A DNA stretch of 64,000 nt from NCBI GenBank assembly GCA_012026655.1, contig JAAILG010000804.1, positions 1-64,000 of the forward strand, written 5' to 3'. Origin of the DNA: Hydrolagus affinis. Its lineage: Eukaryota. A program made the translations under genes and the position numbers. The notes beneath the pieces are model-generated. The model made no database searches. It was given only the letters and a program-made list of their open reading frames with translations, and was not told where the DNA came from. Below are positions 12,301 through 27,300 of the stretch, in pieces (position 1 is the stretch's first letter; each line of letters begins with the position of its first letter).

Positions 12301-15300
12301 ACCCAGGAACTTGTAATTAGAAACAGTTAGGCTACACTCATTGCACAACATGCTGTGTGGTCCTGAGTCAAACAGATCACCCAAGACTCAGATTAAGATG
12401 TTGATGTGAATAGAGTTAACTCATCCTAGATGAAGCCGCAGAGGTAGTATCAAAAGTGATTTAAATTCTGGCAAAAACACAATGAGTTTGAAACATGCTC
12501 TCGTATTGTATTTTTTGCTTCAGGTGACCTGAGTTTGCAGCTGATCGCTGGGCTACTGAAAAATTTTGTATTGATTTAAAGGTTGAGAATTGAACTGAAT
12601 ACCTCATCATATCTTTATGGCTTCCATGGGCAGCCCCCATCCCAGTTCAACCACATAATGTAGATAGTTGATCCAAATTTCAGCTCCCAAATATACTTTA
12701 CAATATACTAGTTCATAAGGCTGCCAAATTTCCTTAATTCCATGCAATGTCTTTACACATGCCTGATAATAATCCCTCAAATGAAATAAATTGGTCATCT
12801 CAATGCACAACTGTTTGCGGGACACTGCTGTGTACGTATTTGGCTGCCGCATTTGACCCACAAAATATACAGTCAATTCACTTTACAGTATATTCTGTGA
12901 AGCGCTTTGAGACGTCTAGAAGACGTGAAAAGCGCGATATCAAATGCAAGGATTATTATTATTATTATTATTCATTAATGTCTTTTAATATAAGAGATTT
13001 TTTTCACCAGCTTTTAAGTGATTTGAACAATTTGCTCAATTGTTTTGAATTAATTTATTTGCGGGGGGGAAAAAAAGCTGTGAAATGTGCATTATTGCAA
13101 GGAACTGACTGTATCTTTAGCCAAAGCTCAGAGGGTTTGCTTGTTATGACCTGAATTTTCCCAAAGGTCTCTTGAGATTTGTGTTGCTCGTATGTTAAAC
13201 TCTGTAACCCCCACGAAAAACGTTTAACATGTGTTTTTTTTAATTTCCTTACAGAAGGGAAATGTCCTGCACTACAGCAACCCTGTCATTCTCTTTGGGT
13301 TCCTGTTAGTGTTTACAGTGGCCACCATAATGCAATGTTTCCTGCTAAGTGTATTCTTCTCCAAGGCCAATCTCGCAGCTGCGTGTAGTGGAATCATTTA
13401 CTTTACGCTCTATCTGCCACACATTCTTTGCTTTGCCTGGCAGGACCGTATGACCCGAAAACTGAAATTATTAGCGGTAAGCTGAAAATAGTTGACGAAA
13501 GGTCGCTGGTTTAACCTTTCAAGTAGTTCTTTGCTTGCTTAACCTGACCCGAGCATAAAAGCATTCGAAACGTACACACAACCGGCTCGGATTGTTTAAC
13601 AAGAGCGTAAGACAGTTAACACAAAGGTGACACAAGACGGAGTTACACCCTCCAGTGCTATTGTTGTAGAAACACATGTTACTTTTGTCATTAAAAGTGG
13701 CTACTGTACATGAAATTCAATCTGATGTTGAGGACACACCTTAGCTCTGCTCGTAGGAGTAAGAATATAACAATTTATGTGGAGTCCTATAGCTCAGTGG
13801 TTAGAGCACTTGCCTTACAAACGCAAGACCTGTGTTTCGAATCCAGGCAGGTCCAAATCTTGGGCAAGTTTCCTTACTCCACATGCCTAATAATAATCCC
13901 TCCAAAAAAAACTGTAATGATTTGGTCACTCAATCCAGGACTGTTTGTGGGACACTGCTGTGCGCAATTGGCTGCCACGTTTCACCCACAAATATATATA
14001 CAGTCAATTCATTTTACAGTAAATTCTGTGAAGCGCTTTGAGACGTCCAGAAGATGTGAAAATTGCTATATCAAATGAAAGGATTATTATTTATAGGTGT
14101 ATTGTACCATATGGCACAACAGGTCTGTGACACAGGATTATTTTTGCTGGGATACGGATGCAAAATAAAAACAGCCGATGTACCTGTTATTGTACTAATG
14201 TATATTTCTTGAATGTTGCAGAGTTTGTTATCCCCAGTGGCTTTCGGCTTTGGCACAGAGTATCTGTCTCGTTATGAAGAACAGGGCCTTGGCCTGCAGT
14301 GGGGTAACATCGCAATCAGCCCTGTCGAGGGAGACGGCTATAGCTTTCTGTCCTCCATCATCATGCTGCTGGTTGATGCCTTTATCTATGGCATCCTTGC
14401 GTGTTATTTAGATGCCGTGTTTCCAGGTATGTTGACAACCAATAAAAGAAAAAAAACACACAGATATTATTTTTGTTAAAAATCGTCCCATCCCTGGCCT
14501 CCTTCAAGTCCCGCCTTCAAGACCCTCCTCTTCGATGGTCCCATCAGTTACTCCTAATGCCCCCCTTCCCTCTGCTCAGGTCTGAAATAATGACTGTACA
14601 GCGCCTTGGGACGCCCTCCTGACTTGAAAGGCGCTGTACAAGTGTACTTTTGTTGTTGTTGTTTTCCTGAAGTCAACACAAGCCCAGCATTTTAAACTGA
14701 AAATGATTCGAAAGTAATTATTCTCCACGCCTCTCTCAGTCGTGGCAAATTCTTCACCTAACTACGAGATTGATTTGAATTTAGAAAGGTGTTGCAACAG
14801 CCAGTGTGGAATCTTATTCCAATTGTGAAGGGAGGTGCGATGCATAGCCTGATTGACCTTTTCTTACACCTTTTCTAATGTTTGAAGGAGAGGTGAGCAA
14901 GGGGAGATAGTGACTATGGAACAAAAGGAAGGCCAAATGGGATCAGAAGAAGCAGTTAAGAGCAAGCAAAGCAGAGACAGGGCACAAGAGATGTGAATGA
15001 GCGAGACAAAGAGGGTACAGCATTAAAAAAAAGGAGACAGGAAGGATTTAAACAAGAAAGGTAGAGAAAGAGAGAGAGAGAGATCACAAGAGTTCGAAAA
15101 GAGTGAAATGAGGAAAAATGGTGACAAAGGGGAAGTAAAATGTATAAGAAATTGACAAATTTCCGACTCTGACATCCATTTCACTCCAATTGTGTCTCAC
15201 TCCAGTGACAGATCATAGAGAAGTAGCTGTTAGGTGTATAATTAAGCACACAGAGCACATACAGACAGCAATGCACAATGATGGGCAAACGGTAGATTCG

Positions 15301-18300
15301 TACGTAGGAAATAGAACACGAAGAAAATACTGTTGTTGGAGCGAATGAGCGAACGCATTCGTAAAAAAAAATTAGTGCAATGACTTTTCCAAAGGAAGAT
15401 TCTAAAAAGATTAAACGCTGGGACAAAATTAAGTAAAACAGCAAACTCCTGAAGGCAGTCAAGCAGAACTCCAGGAGTCTTGCACTGACCTCTTACTGAA
15501 CATTCAGAGAAGCCTTATCAGACTGCAGCTAGGCAGGTATTGAAGGTATTTGTGCTTAGCTCTTATTAATAAACTCTTTGGTCATGTGAACCAGTAGTTT
15601 TCCACCCATGGGATTCAACTTTATGCAACTAAACACTACAATGTGAGACAGGATGCAGCGGAAATAGAACATGTACGTGAGTGAGGCAGACAGACTGGTC
15701 AAAGGCAGATTTCAGACGACAATGAATTTGTTGGAAGGTTACACTCATTAATAATCTGGCATTTAGCAAGGCCTGGCCTTGTTACAATATTCATATCTTT
15801 CTTTCTAAATAACTATTGTTTTCATTCAAGTTCCTTCACAAACTCTTAACAAGTGAAGAATTTAAATAAATGTTAAATCTTTGGCACCGTCTGTTTGGAA
15901 TTCTCCTTTCATGAATAAGTCTGGAATGCACTGTTGAATTGCCACTATTTCTGCTATAATGGTACTTGTCTGCTGTTTACAGGCTGTTGATTTTCAGTAA
16001 ACTATGATGTTCAAAAGAACAAATGGTTTTGTTTTTGAATGAATCGTTGTATAGCAGAACATTACAGATTTTTCTAAGTGCAAATGTTGTTCATTCGATT
16101 TCCTCAATAGTTTTAATATGAACAGATATTTCCTGTTGATCGAAGGTGTGCTTTTTACAGTTTAAGTCTAATAATTCTACAATATTTTGAAAGCAATTAT
16201 TTTTGCTTGATATCATCTTGTTCTTGAGCATCGTTTGTTACAGGTAACATGTCTGACACATACTCTTACAATTCACCATGCAGTACAGTATATTCTGTGA
16301 AGCGCTTCATTTGTTACTGCTTCATTTCATTCCATCTTTCCCACGTCTTAGGTGAGTACGGAGTTCCAAGTCCGTGGTACTTTCCTCTGCAATCCTCTTT
16401 CTGGTTTGGTCCTGAAAAGCCACCAGTCGCCACAAAAGGTGCGTTCGTTTACAAATTCCTAAAACTTAGTGAACTGAGCAGACTAACCTCATGTCTGTCC
16501 CAGTGTATATTTGACAAATAGTCTGTATTTGGTAACCGTCCTCAACCTGTTTAGTATCCCTTAACAATTCTGTAGGCTATGTGGAGGGAATTTTTGAAGC
16601 TATGTTGCCGATGCGCATTAAATGCCAAGCGTAACGAACAATAAAATTACATTTATAGAGCGCCTTTCACGTTGGGAGGATGTCCCAAGGCGCTGAAACG
16701 TATTTTCTCCCGTTCAACTGAATAACGTGCCATTCTTTTCATTGATCTATCAAAAAAGAAGTCACAAAAGAAGTCAAGGAAACGGACAAAAAAGACGAAA
16801 AAGCAAAAGAAGAGGAGAAGGCAGACAAACCCGCAGATAAAGAGGGAAGCAAACCAGCAGAGAAAACAGCAGAGAAAACAGCAGAGAAACCTGCAGAGAA
16901 AACAGCAGAGAAACCAGCAGATAAAACAGCAGAGAAACCAGCAGAGAAACCAGCAGACAAAGCCACAGACAAATCTACAGACAAATCCAATGTCAAATTG
17001 GAGGAGAAGCCCGGAGAAAAATCAGGAAAAGAGACTGACGATCAGAAGAAAAAAGAAGAAATGGGAGAAGGCTTGAAGGTGTGTAAACGGAGCGAGAAGA
17101 AGGAGAAACCGAAACCATCGACTGCCACGAATCCAGGTGAATGATTTGTTGAGGGTCATATTGGAACTGTACTATTGCAAGTCACAGTTCTTGATGCATG
17201 TGATAGTTTTTTAAGCCCATGACATGACCGGCCGTTGTATGTCATTTGCAGTAATGGAAGCGATGGCAGGAAACCCTTTCTACGAGACAGAGCCCTCTGG
17301 TCTGACTCTTGGAGTATCTGTTCAGAACCTGGTGAAGGTCTTCCAAGAAGGGCAGAGGCCAGCTGTGGATAAACTGAACATTAACTTCTTCGAAGGGCAG
17401 ATCACTTCCTTCTTGGGGCATAATGGAGCTGGAAAAACCACTACAATGTAAGACTCGCAACTTTCATTGCGATGTAACAAATACCTCAGCGCCTAAAAAT
17501 AGGAACCAGCCTTTATATTAAGTTTGTTTCAAGAGGTTCTGATCTATATGTACAGTATATATATAATATACACACAGGCTATACTGTACTCAAATTGGAG
17601 AAGCACTTAATAATTCAGCTGCAAGTTTATAATGAGCTAAATATTAACAGTTGAACACTGAAAGTAAGCTCTCACATTTGACATAACCAAATGATACTGA
17701 AATAGACTTCATTCAGACTCCGACATCCATGTAGACACCTAGATTTTATTAATGAATAACAAACACAGTTCTCTGTCTCTTGTCTTGTACCTAACTTGCT
17801 TCCCCCGACATGATGTTAATCATTTCAGAGAACTACACAAACTCTGATAGGTCAGAAGGCAATATTTTGAGAAACACAAAATAATGAGCTTAAAATGTAT
17901 TATAATATCTCGAACCCTGTAAACATATACTTTAGGTGAAATTCTCTGGTTGATGCAGAATGTAGAATAATATCATCCAGAAATGTTTCTGTAAATGTTT
18001 GCTCAATTGTTAGTTTTTAATTGCCCCCGCACTTTAGATAATGTAATGTTATTTAATTAACACATATTTTGGAATTGTTCTGCTGTCAAAATAGGATTCT
18101 ACATTTAAGTTATTTATTAATCGACTGTAACGCAAACAAAAGTTGAAACCATGAATTGCTATTGCATGTGCTTAATTCATTGCTCTATCTTTACAATTCA
18201 ATAGGTCAATGCTGACTGGCTTATTCCCACCTACATCTGGTACTGCTTATATTAATGGGAAGGATATTCGCACAGAAATTGATGCAATTCGACAGAACAT

Positions 18301-21300
18301 AGGCATGTGCCCACAGTACAATATCTTGTTTAACGAGTAAGTAAGACATTATATCGTTCAATGATTCTGCCCACATGCAACCTAACTTGCCTTGGTTGTA
18401 ACTAACCGGAAAATTAATGTTGAGGCTTGGAATGTGGCACTCTTGTTTCTTTACCTGCTGTTTTTGTAGCTGTTAACTCAATCATTTTATATGACACGTC
18501 TTCTGTTAGCTGAAATCTGTCAGTAGATTTCAGGAAAGGCCTCCTGGCAATAGGCCTGTCACAAGATCACAAGATAAATTCAGTTGAAGATTTGATCTGT
18601 GTTGCAGTTTTCCCTGGTATTTCTGCTTCATATATTTGCTGCAATCTTGCATGCCTTTGATATTCGATGTATACACAACCCATACAATAGATGCTGTTCA
18701 GTAATGGAATCTATCTACGTGTTCCAACAAGAAGCCAAACAGTGTTGCTTGCACTAAGAAGGGATGAGTAAACACACAGTGTGAATCACAGTTGTATTAA
18801 ACAGAATATTGTGGTGAAATTGTGAATTACTCTCAGCAATATTGTTATTACAAGCTATTGATTCAATTATAGATAAACGCAATTTTACGCCAAAACAAAT
18901 GTACAATGAATCTGACTCATTTGCTTGGGGTAGTCTATAAGTGGGTCTTATCTGTGAAGAGTGAATTTTAGACTTTTACAACTATTTTTGTGAAGTTTGC
19001 AGTAGTAAAATCTCTCTGATTTTCATAATTTCATGGTTTTAAAAAAAAAATCTGTGCAATACTTCTGACAAAACCTGGCAGTTACTGTAGAATGTCTGAG
19101 ATTTCTTTGGAGCCTGGTATTCGTCTCGATAAGTAGTTTGTGTTGCTCTGTGCCTCTCTATGGAATCTATTAGAAAAGTTACATCGGACCAGAGCCTGGA
19201 GCATGAATCTTGTGTAAAATCCGGATCCATCATGATAAGCATATGGCACCTGTCTGGAGTCTGGTAATTCAGGGTAAGCCTTTAAAGCTGACTAGGGAAA
19301 GCCTAGATTGCTGGGGAATGATTGGAATGTTGATCCAGTGAACCTCATCTGTCTTCTCAAGTAAGGTAGAACACAAGGCAGCCTAAAGCTTGAAGCACAT
19401 ACTTATTGGTGGACCGGTGCATGCTAAAGAAGGAGACGTATATCTATGAAAAGGCTACGTATTGTGTGGGTGTACAGCATTCTGTTCTCGTCACGGAGCA
19501 CTATGTTTCTTACTGTGTTAGATTAAAGTTGTCAGGAGTTTGTCGTCCAAATTGTCTGTAAACTCTCCAAGACGTTGCTCTTCACTGAAGGGCATTACAT
19601 AAATACATGTTGTTGTTGTTGTCTGTTAGGTCACTTCAGTTCGTACGTTGGGTCAGTTAAAGCTAATTCAACTGAGCATCTGAAAATGAGTCAATACTTC
19701 TCATTTCCAGATGCCAGTCTCCAGTAAAATACAGTGCATGGATCATTGCCATTTTCAATTTACCTTTACCTCTTCTGCAGTCTAACAGTGGCAGAGCACA
19801 TCTTGTTTTATACTCAACTCAAAGGACAGACATTGGAAGAGGCAGAGAAGCAACTGGAAGTAATGTTGGATGAAATTGGACTGCCACACAAGAAAGATGA
19901 AATAGTCCAAAACTTGTCAGGTACCCAGCGGAAATTATTCTGAATAAATGTGAATCTATTCAGGACTGCCAACATACCTAGATGGGCAGTATTAATATTT
20001 GTACACAATGGAGACGAAATGAGGTGATGTCTAACTGGATTCCTGAGTAAGAAAATGCTGCACGTTGCCCCCAGATTGTTGAACCTTTGATGCAATCTTT
20101 GTTTGGAGTGTAACAATAAGACATGACTGGAAAAAGTCCCATTCCATTTCCTTGCGAAGGAATCATGTTATATATTGCTCTATTGAAAATCCTTGCTGCA
20201 TACATATTACAATACAGCCTTCAAAGTCCTGTAGCTCGGTGTTAAAGCATTCGCCTTACAAGCGTGAGACCTGTGTTCAAATCTAAGCAGGTCAGGGCGA
20301 AACCTTGGGCAAGTTTCCTTACTCCACACGCCTAATAATAATCACTCAAAAAAAACCGCAATAATAAAATTAGTCATTTCAATCCACGACTGATGGTGGG
20401 GACACTGCTGTGTGCAATTGGCTGCCGTGTTTCGCCCTCAAATATACAGTCATTTCACTATACAGTAGATTCTGTGAAGCGCTTTGAGACGTTTAGAAGA
20501 TGTGAAAAGCACTATATCAAATTCAAGGATTATTATTATTCATGTCTGCTGCTTATTTATAATAAGCGCAGAGTGACACTGTGTGTGCATGTGTTTGATG
20601 GTGCAAACATGACAAATGATTTCTGGCTTCCATAGGTGGAATGCAGCGAAAACTGTCTGTAGCCATCGCATTTACTGGAGGAGCTAAAGTGATTGTCTTG
20701 GATGAACCGACCTCTGGAGTAGATCCATATTCCAGGCGATCCATCTGGGACCTCCTGCTGAAATATCGCCCAGGTACAGTCTCTGCCTAAATCTCCTGTT
20801 TTTTTTTAAAAAAAACAACAGAAACTAATATCCAATGAAGCTGACTGGACCGTTTAACATGTAACTTTAGTTTCTTCTGTGCGTGAGTCTTTCCAGAAAT
20901 ATTCTAGCTGGGGCATAAATTAGATTAAGACACTGTCTCAAGACATTATGAAGTCAGGGGATAAAGTGGATTTGCTTTTATTGCGATTGTTGTACGTACG
21001 ACCAATGATTGTGCGCACCAGACTTTGTGTTTAAGCGCTGTCTGCCTGTAACACTGAGCAAAATAGATCGGGAAGATTACTGCTTTAAACCCCAAATTGA
21101 GTTAGCTGATCCCAGCAGGGAAATAGTTCATTCCTACAAGTACCCCCTGAGCCATATAATAAACCTTTGCTGTTTTTGCATGGAGGAATTCTAGATGATG
21201 GAAAATTGGACTCATCCCATAAACAACATTGGGAGGTTTCTGTTTAGCAAAGCCAAGAGAAGATTGTTCTGAAAACTGACTCTGCCCTGTGCTGCTAGCC

Positions 21301-24300
21301 ATAGAGAACATCCTGCACCACAGCAGATATTAACTTTTGCAATTTAGTTTCACATTAATTATTAGGTTAGGTTTTAATTCTACAGCGTTAGCTGTAGACT
21401 GATCCTTTCGATGCTATGACTTAATCTTTTAATTGGGAAATAATTGATCCAAATTATTAAAAAGACAGATTGATTGTGGAATGTATTTGCAAACCGTGTC
21501 CTTCATCAATCGTTCATCACTATACGTTGCCTCTCTTTCCTGTAAACGGGGTGTGATGTGTTTGGGTGGGGGAGTGGGGGGGAATTCCAGCAAACGACTT
21601 TTAATTTCAATTAGTCACCAGTGACCACCAACCTGCTGGCATTTTTCTATTTCAGTAATCGCAGAGTAAGCAGTAGAGGACGTGTACTCCCACACCCTTG
21701 GAGTTCCATCGCTGTGCCTTTTTGACTGAAACAAGATACTATATAAAACAAAGTGTCATTTTGTGCATTCCATGCACTGTGAGGTTTATTAATCTATTGT
21801 CTCAGCTAGCTGATTAATATTCTACATTGTAGAGAGCCAAAGATTTAAAATAGTTTAATGCTCTAAGAGAGAAGAAGCCATCCCATCCACAACTAGTGAG
21901 GTTTAACCTGCACCTTCAAGTTAGGCGGAGGGAGGGGGAGAATTTACCACTGGTTTGTAAACTAGTGATTTTAGTGGCATGCTTCTTGCTCAATTTCAAT
22001 CACGGATTTGATTTTGCCCCTAAAGGAGAAACATTTACTTACACAAAAGGAAAAAAAAATCACTAGTGGGGAGGGGAGGACTTTCAATGTGGTAAACCAC
22101 CTCTCGCATACCGAACTGTCTGTTGGACAAGATTGATTGTTCAATATCTTGTTAGACCAGGATTGTTCCAGATAGGAGATCTTTATATTGTTCCAGGCTC
22201 AATAAAATCTCAAAGGAAGTGGTGTGCAGGGTCTCCCGATCAGAACATATTCCCCTGAGGTAATGTATCTAAGAGGCCCCTTTCCAACAGCTGTTTTTGC
22301 AATGACCTGGGTTCAGTGTCCTCCTGTCTGTGGGTATTAATCTGGCTATGAAATACAATTCAAAGTCCTGACGTTAGCCACAAACTATTCCTGACTTCAA
22401 GCATGTACTGTAGCTGCCATTGGGAGAGATTCAGGAGTGGAGTGCAAGAGGGAGACCTGGAGCTTTGAGATCTGTGGTGGCAATCAATCATCCACAAGCT
22501 ACTCATGGTGTCAGCGAAGACCGTCAAGGGCCTCGACGTTTATATCACAGGGACCTTCCAGGCATCAGTAGGGAAATTCTCAAAAATCAACCAGTTCATT
22601 ACGTGCTGTTGTCTATGGACATGATCACATAAACAACATTTGGCCCGGCCTCTCATTGTTACACAAATCTCGTAGTGTGTGAGACCTGTAGATTCAGGTT
22701 TGGGTCACATTGTAAACTTTTATTATGTGAGAATTTTGTCTTCAAACACAAGACAAGGGGCAGCGGGGAGATTATTGCTGATCATCCGAAAGGCGGGGAC
22801 GTTCTTATTGCTTTTGTCCCCATTGCAGATCTCCCCATTGTCTTTGTGAAGCACTTCAACACCTCTTGGTCTCATCTCTCCTCAGCTTGTTTACCAGCAC
22901 TTTAGCACGACTTCCTTACTGAATCAGCTCTGCGCAGCCATTTTACGCCACAGTGCCACGTGGCACAGCTGGAAATCTGTGGACTTGAGAACATTTCCGG
23001 GGACGAGTGGCTCAATAACGTTTTTCAGAAAGGGAAAGAACTGTGAAAAGTTATTGTGTCGTAACTGGCTGCCAGCCTTTCACTACCACTTACAAATTCC
23101 TATTTTCACAGATCTTGAAAAATACGCTTTGGGCTGTTTTTTTTTATAAACTGAGGAATGTCAGACAGGCCCCAAGATGAGTCACAATGCTTGCATTCCT
23201 GCACACATCTGTTTTGAAGTATTGGCTGGTACAAAGGATCCCTCTAGTGGGCATTTAAAGGTCCATCTGTAAATGACAAATCTGTTTCCTATACTCTTTG
23301 ATATTTAGGGAGAACCATCATCCTTTCCACACATCACATGGACGAAGCGGATCTCCTTGGCGATCGAATTGCCATTATCTCTCAAGGAAAGCTCCAATGC
23401 TGTGGCTCCTCTGTGTTTCTTAAGAACTGCTTTGGTTCTGGATTCCGTCTTACTCTGGTGCGCAGAATGAAGAAAGTCAAGCATAAGAAAGAAGACCAAG
23501 TGGTAAGTTGATGATCTCCCTCTCGTTGGGTTGAAATAACAATAATCCTTGCATTTGATATATCATGTCTTCGAGGCATCTCAAAGAGCTTCCCAGAATC
23601 TCCTGTAAAGTGAATTGACTGTATACTTTGTTGGAGCAACGTGGCAGACAATCACACACAGCCACGTCCCACAAACAATCCTGGATTGAGTGACCAAATT
23701 GTTATTTTTAATTTTTTTTATTTTTGAAGGGATTATTATCCCTGGAAAAGTGATCTTCCAAATGACTAACAACCAGATTCCCTTTTATTGCTAGGTAAAC
23801 AGAGGTGTGTAGGGTAAGAAAACGTATCTAACATTTTGTCCTGTTTGCGAATTGAACCCAGGTCCTCTCACTTGCCAGGTCATTGCTCTAACCTATGAGC
23901 TACAGTACTTCACTTGTGAACTTGTGGGAAATGACCTGTGAGACCAGTTACACAAAAAGGCAAAAGAAAGATGAGTTCTCTGATCAGTAAAATGTTGAGA
24001 ACTTATTGTCATCTTTAAGCTGTGTGTCCATTGAAGTGAGTTCCCCATTTTTTTTGTGGTGGAATAATAACCTGGTATTATTATTTTTTGGGTGGGTGGG
24101 GGGGGGGTGGATGGGAGAGAAATACAGTTATTGTGAAAGAAAACTAATCTGCACACATATAAACTCTAATAAAAGGAATGTTCAGAGGAGATGCAGTTGG
24201 CATAATCCATCTTCCTTCAGGTTTCCAGGTGAAAATAATGAAAGATGAGACATAGCTGCAGATCAAAGGGCTGGAGCTGAGGCAGGTGGCAGGGAGCCTG

Positions 24301-27300
24301 ACTGGCGGGAATCCTGTTGTTTTTTGATGTTGATGATAGTATTCAGCGGTTCTGAAATGTAATTGATGTCCCTCTCTCTCTCCCGTGTTCCTCTCCCAAA
24401 AAATTAACCCAGCGAACATGTACCTGTACTCCAGTCTGCGCTTGCTCTTGCTCCATCTGCAATGATACCATCCCAGAGGAAGAACTAGATGGTGAGTGTT
24501 ACATGCACTTCATTTTCCTGCTCCCCGAGCACTGTACGAGCATTAACAATACATTTGCAGTTATGCAACGAGAGGCACATTAAATCTGGTTGACAATGGT
24601 GAAGAATGATGCAATCAGTGTAAAAGGGTGCAGGAAACAGCAATAAAAAAGGTGCTCTTGTGAACATGCTATCACTATGTATATGTATATATATAATATA
24701 TATATATATATGAATTGCTCTTTTTATGTGCAGCTGATGTGGAAGCTTTAACAGCTCTAATCCAACACCACATTCCTGAGGCAAAACTGGTTGAAAATGT
24801 TGGTCAAGAACTTTACTACGTGCTGCCCAGTAAAGATTTCAAACACAGAGCCTACGCAAGTCTATTCCGAGAAATAGAGGAAACGCTGCAAGATCTGGGC
24901 CTCAGCAGCTTTGGTGTCTCTGACACGTCACTGGAGGAGGTAAGAGTGGCTAACCATCACATACCACAGCAGACATCTCTTTATGTCAAACCTCTTATCA
25001 GCTTGGTACATATCAGCTTCTACCAGAGTTAAAGGAGGGATTGCAACACAACATGAGTTCCACACATAGTGTAATCTTCACAAATAAGCACATACCATGC
25101 TGCACAACATTGGGAAAATATGAAATCGCCTTAACCTCTCTCTTTAGCCGAGCTCCGCTGACAGCGCTGTAATCCGAAGTTCGCACAAAGTCGCAATGCT
25201 CATTTTCCAAAAGTTTAGAACAACATATTGGAAGGTTTGTCGTGTGGGTTTTTAAACCACAACAGCAGAGCGGCATATTGTTCTTCAGAGTAATCTTTAT
25301 ACGCAGCTGTTGTGGTTCTGCCTATGTTTAACCAAGTGGAAATAGGTTTGAGTTGCTCTTGCTATGAAAAAAAACACAATCTGAATTGACATCAATACTC
25401 ACAGGTACATACTCTTCCATGGATTGAGAAGAGGACTTTCTTGTATTTAATATTTCCAATTCTATATTCTCTGGGAGATAACCGAGTCTTGCTGAGGCTA
25501 ACAAAAGTTCTATTTCTATTGTTTTCTTCCAGATTTTCTTAAAGGCCACTGAAGATCTTGGAAACGTCACAGGTAAACCCATACACCAATTACTTTGCAG
25601 CATGCAAAAGCTCTGCTCTCTTATGAAAAATGTGGCAAAAGTCTACTTTATATTAATTTACCCTGCCTTTGAACATCCAACCGTATGTTTGTAGGTCCAC
25701 GCCATAAAACCTTGTATGTTTGACGCTGATATTAAGCATAGTAGCGTAGGTTTCAGTTAATTCTTTTAAGTGTTTCATCACTCAACATGCATAAGAGCAT
25801 AAGAAATACGAACAAGAGAAAGTTATTTGTTCTATCAAACCTGCTTGGCACAGACCATTTCTGTAGCTTACTATTTTTATTCCCCAATTATCTATCAATC
25901 CATCTCTCTTGTGACTTTCTGAATAATTTTTTTCCCATCATTTCTTTCCATTAGACATTTACTCTTATGTCTTTCCATTAGATATGGCCCACGAATTTTA
26001 TTTTTGGAATAGCTGAGATGACTTCAGGCTTCTGCTGTCTGTAGCATTGCTTTTCTTGCAAAATGGCAAAGCTTCCTTAAAATGCATCTAACAAAAATAA
26101 AGGAAAAAGGATTTGGTCTCAATCATCCCAATGCATGAAATGCCCTTGAAATTTCTTTGTTTAATATGCTTTCCAAAGCTTTTAGTTGCTTTAATAGTAC
26201 ATTGTGGAGTTCTATAGCACAGTGGTTAGTACACTTGCCTTGCAAGTGAGAGACCTGGGTTCGATTCCAAGCAGGGCGAAACCTTACTTGTTTCGAGTTT
26301 CCTTACTCCACACGCCTGATGATAATCCCTCAAAAAAATTCTATAATAAATTGGTCAATTCATGACTGTTTGTGGGACACTGCTGTGCGCAATTGGCTGC
26401 CATGTTCACCCACAAATATACAGTCAATTCACTTTACAGTATATTCTGTGAAGCGCTTTGAGACGTCGATAAGATGTGAAAAGTGCTATATCAAATGCAA
26501 GGATTATTATTATTAAAATACATTCTCAGCATGCTTCTGGCATCCTCAATTTATGAACCCTTTATCTCCCTCAGTCTTTTCTTTCTTCTCATAATCTGTA
26601 AGATTTTGAAACCAAGATTGTTACCTATCCATTACCTAGTTTATCTTATCGTCTTGGCTCCTCTTTTCAAAATTGGTGGATTGCCACAGGCCTTTGTCCA
26701 GGTTTCTCAATTGAAACAACTTTACTGAGGCTGAACTGCCCTATAATCATCTCACAGGGCAAAGTAACAACACTCTGTAATCATGGGTGACTTATTATGA
26801 CAACTCGTTCCTTTAATTATGTTCGAAAATAATAATAATTTAAAATGTGTGGTGCAGACGAGGATTTTTAAATGACAGGGAACACAAATGGAAGAAAACA
26901 AGTATTATTAAGTAGTGTGCAGTGTTACATAAAACATTGTTGGCTGGAGGTAAATATGGATTTAGAGATTAGGCAGCCGTAAGGTAAAATGGAAAGAGAG
27001 ACATGTATGCTACTATATATAGTATTTTAAGGCTTGGCAGTGGAGAAGTCTCATTGCGAAACAATCCAACATTGGCTTGTTCTTGTTTTTTCTCATCCAG
27101 TTTTCTTCCCTCCTCCTATCCTGTTTCCTCTCATGCTAATCCGAGTGACCATTATTCATGTGTGAGCTCTGCCAGTGAGGGTCAGCAGCAGACATCTGAA
27201 CTGTGTTGAAAGTGGGGAGTGGGGGGCTCAGGGGAGGATCACAGCTGATCCCAATCCTGTGTCTCGCACGTTTTTTCTTGGAAAGATCACTGCATTGTGT

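Noticed and set aside
16739-16996. 85-aa minus-strand ORF with (SAGF/SAVF)n repeats
   Set aside because: Antisense shadow of the ABCA4 exon-18 coding minisatellite
21481-21512. Hammerhead-like TGATGA..AAA on the - strand
   Set aside because: Lacks the C3 and GAAA core nucleotides and a paired helix II
27101-27200. Strong acceptor-like tract in intron 26 (possible extra exon)
   Set aside because: The required phase-1 frame hits TGA after ~21 codons with no convincing donor before it
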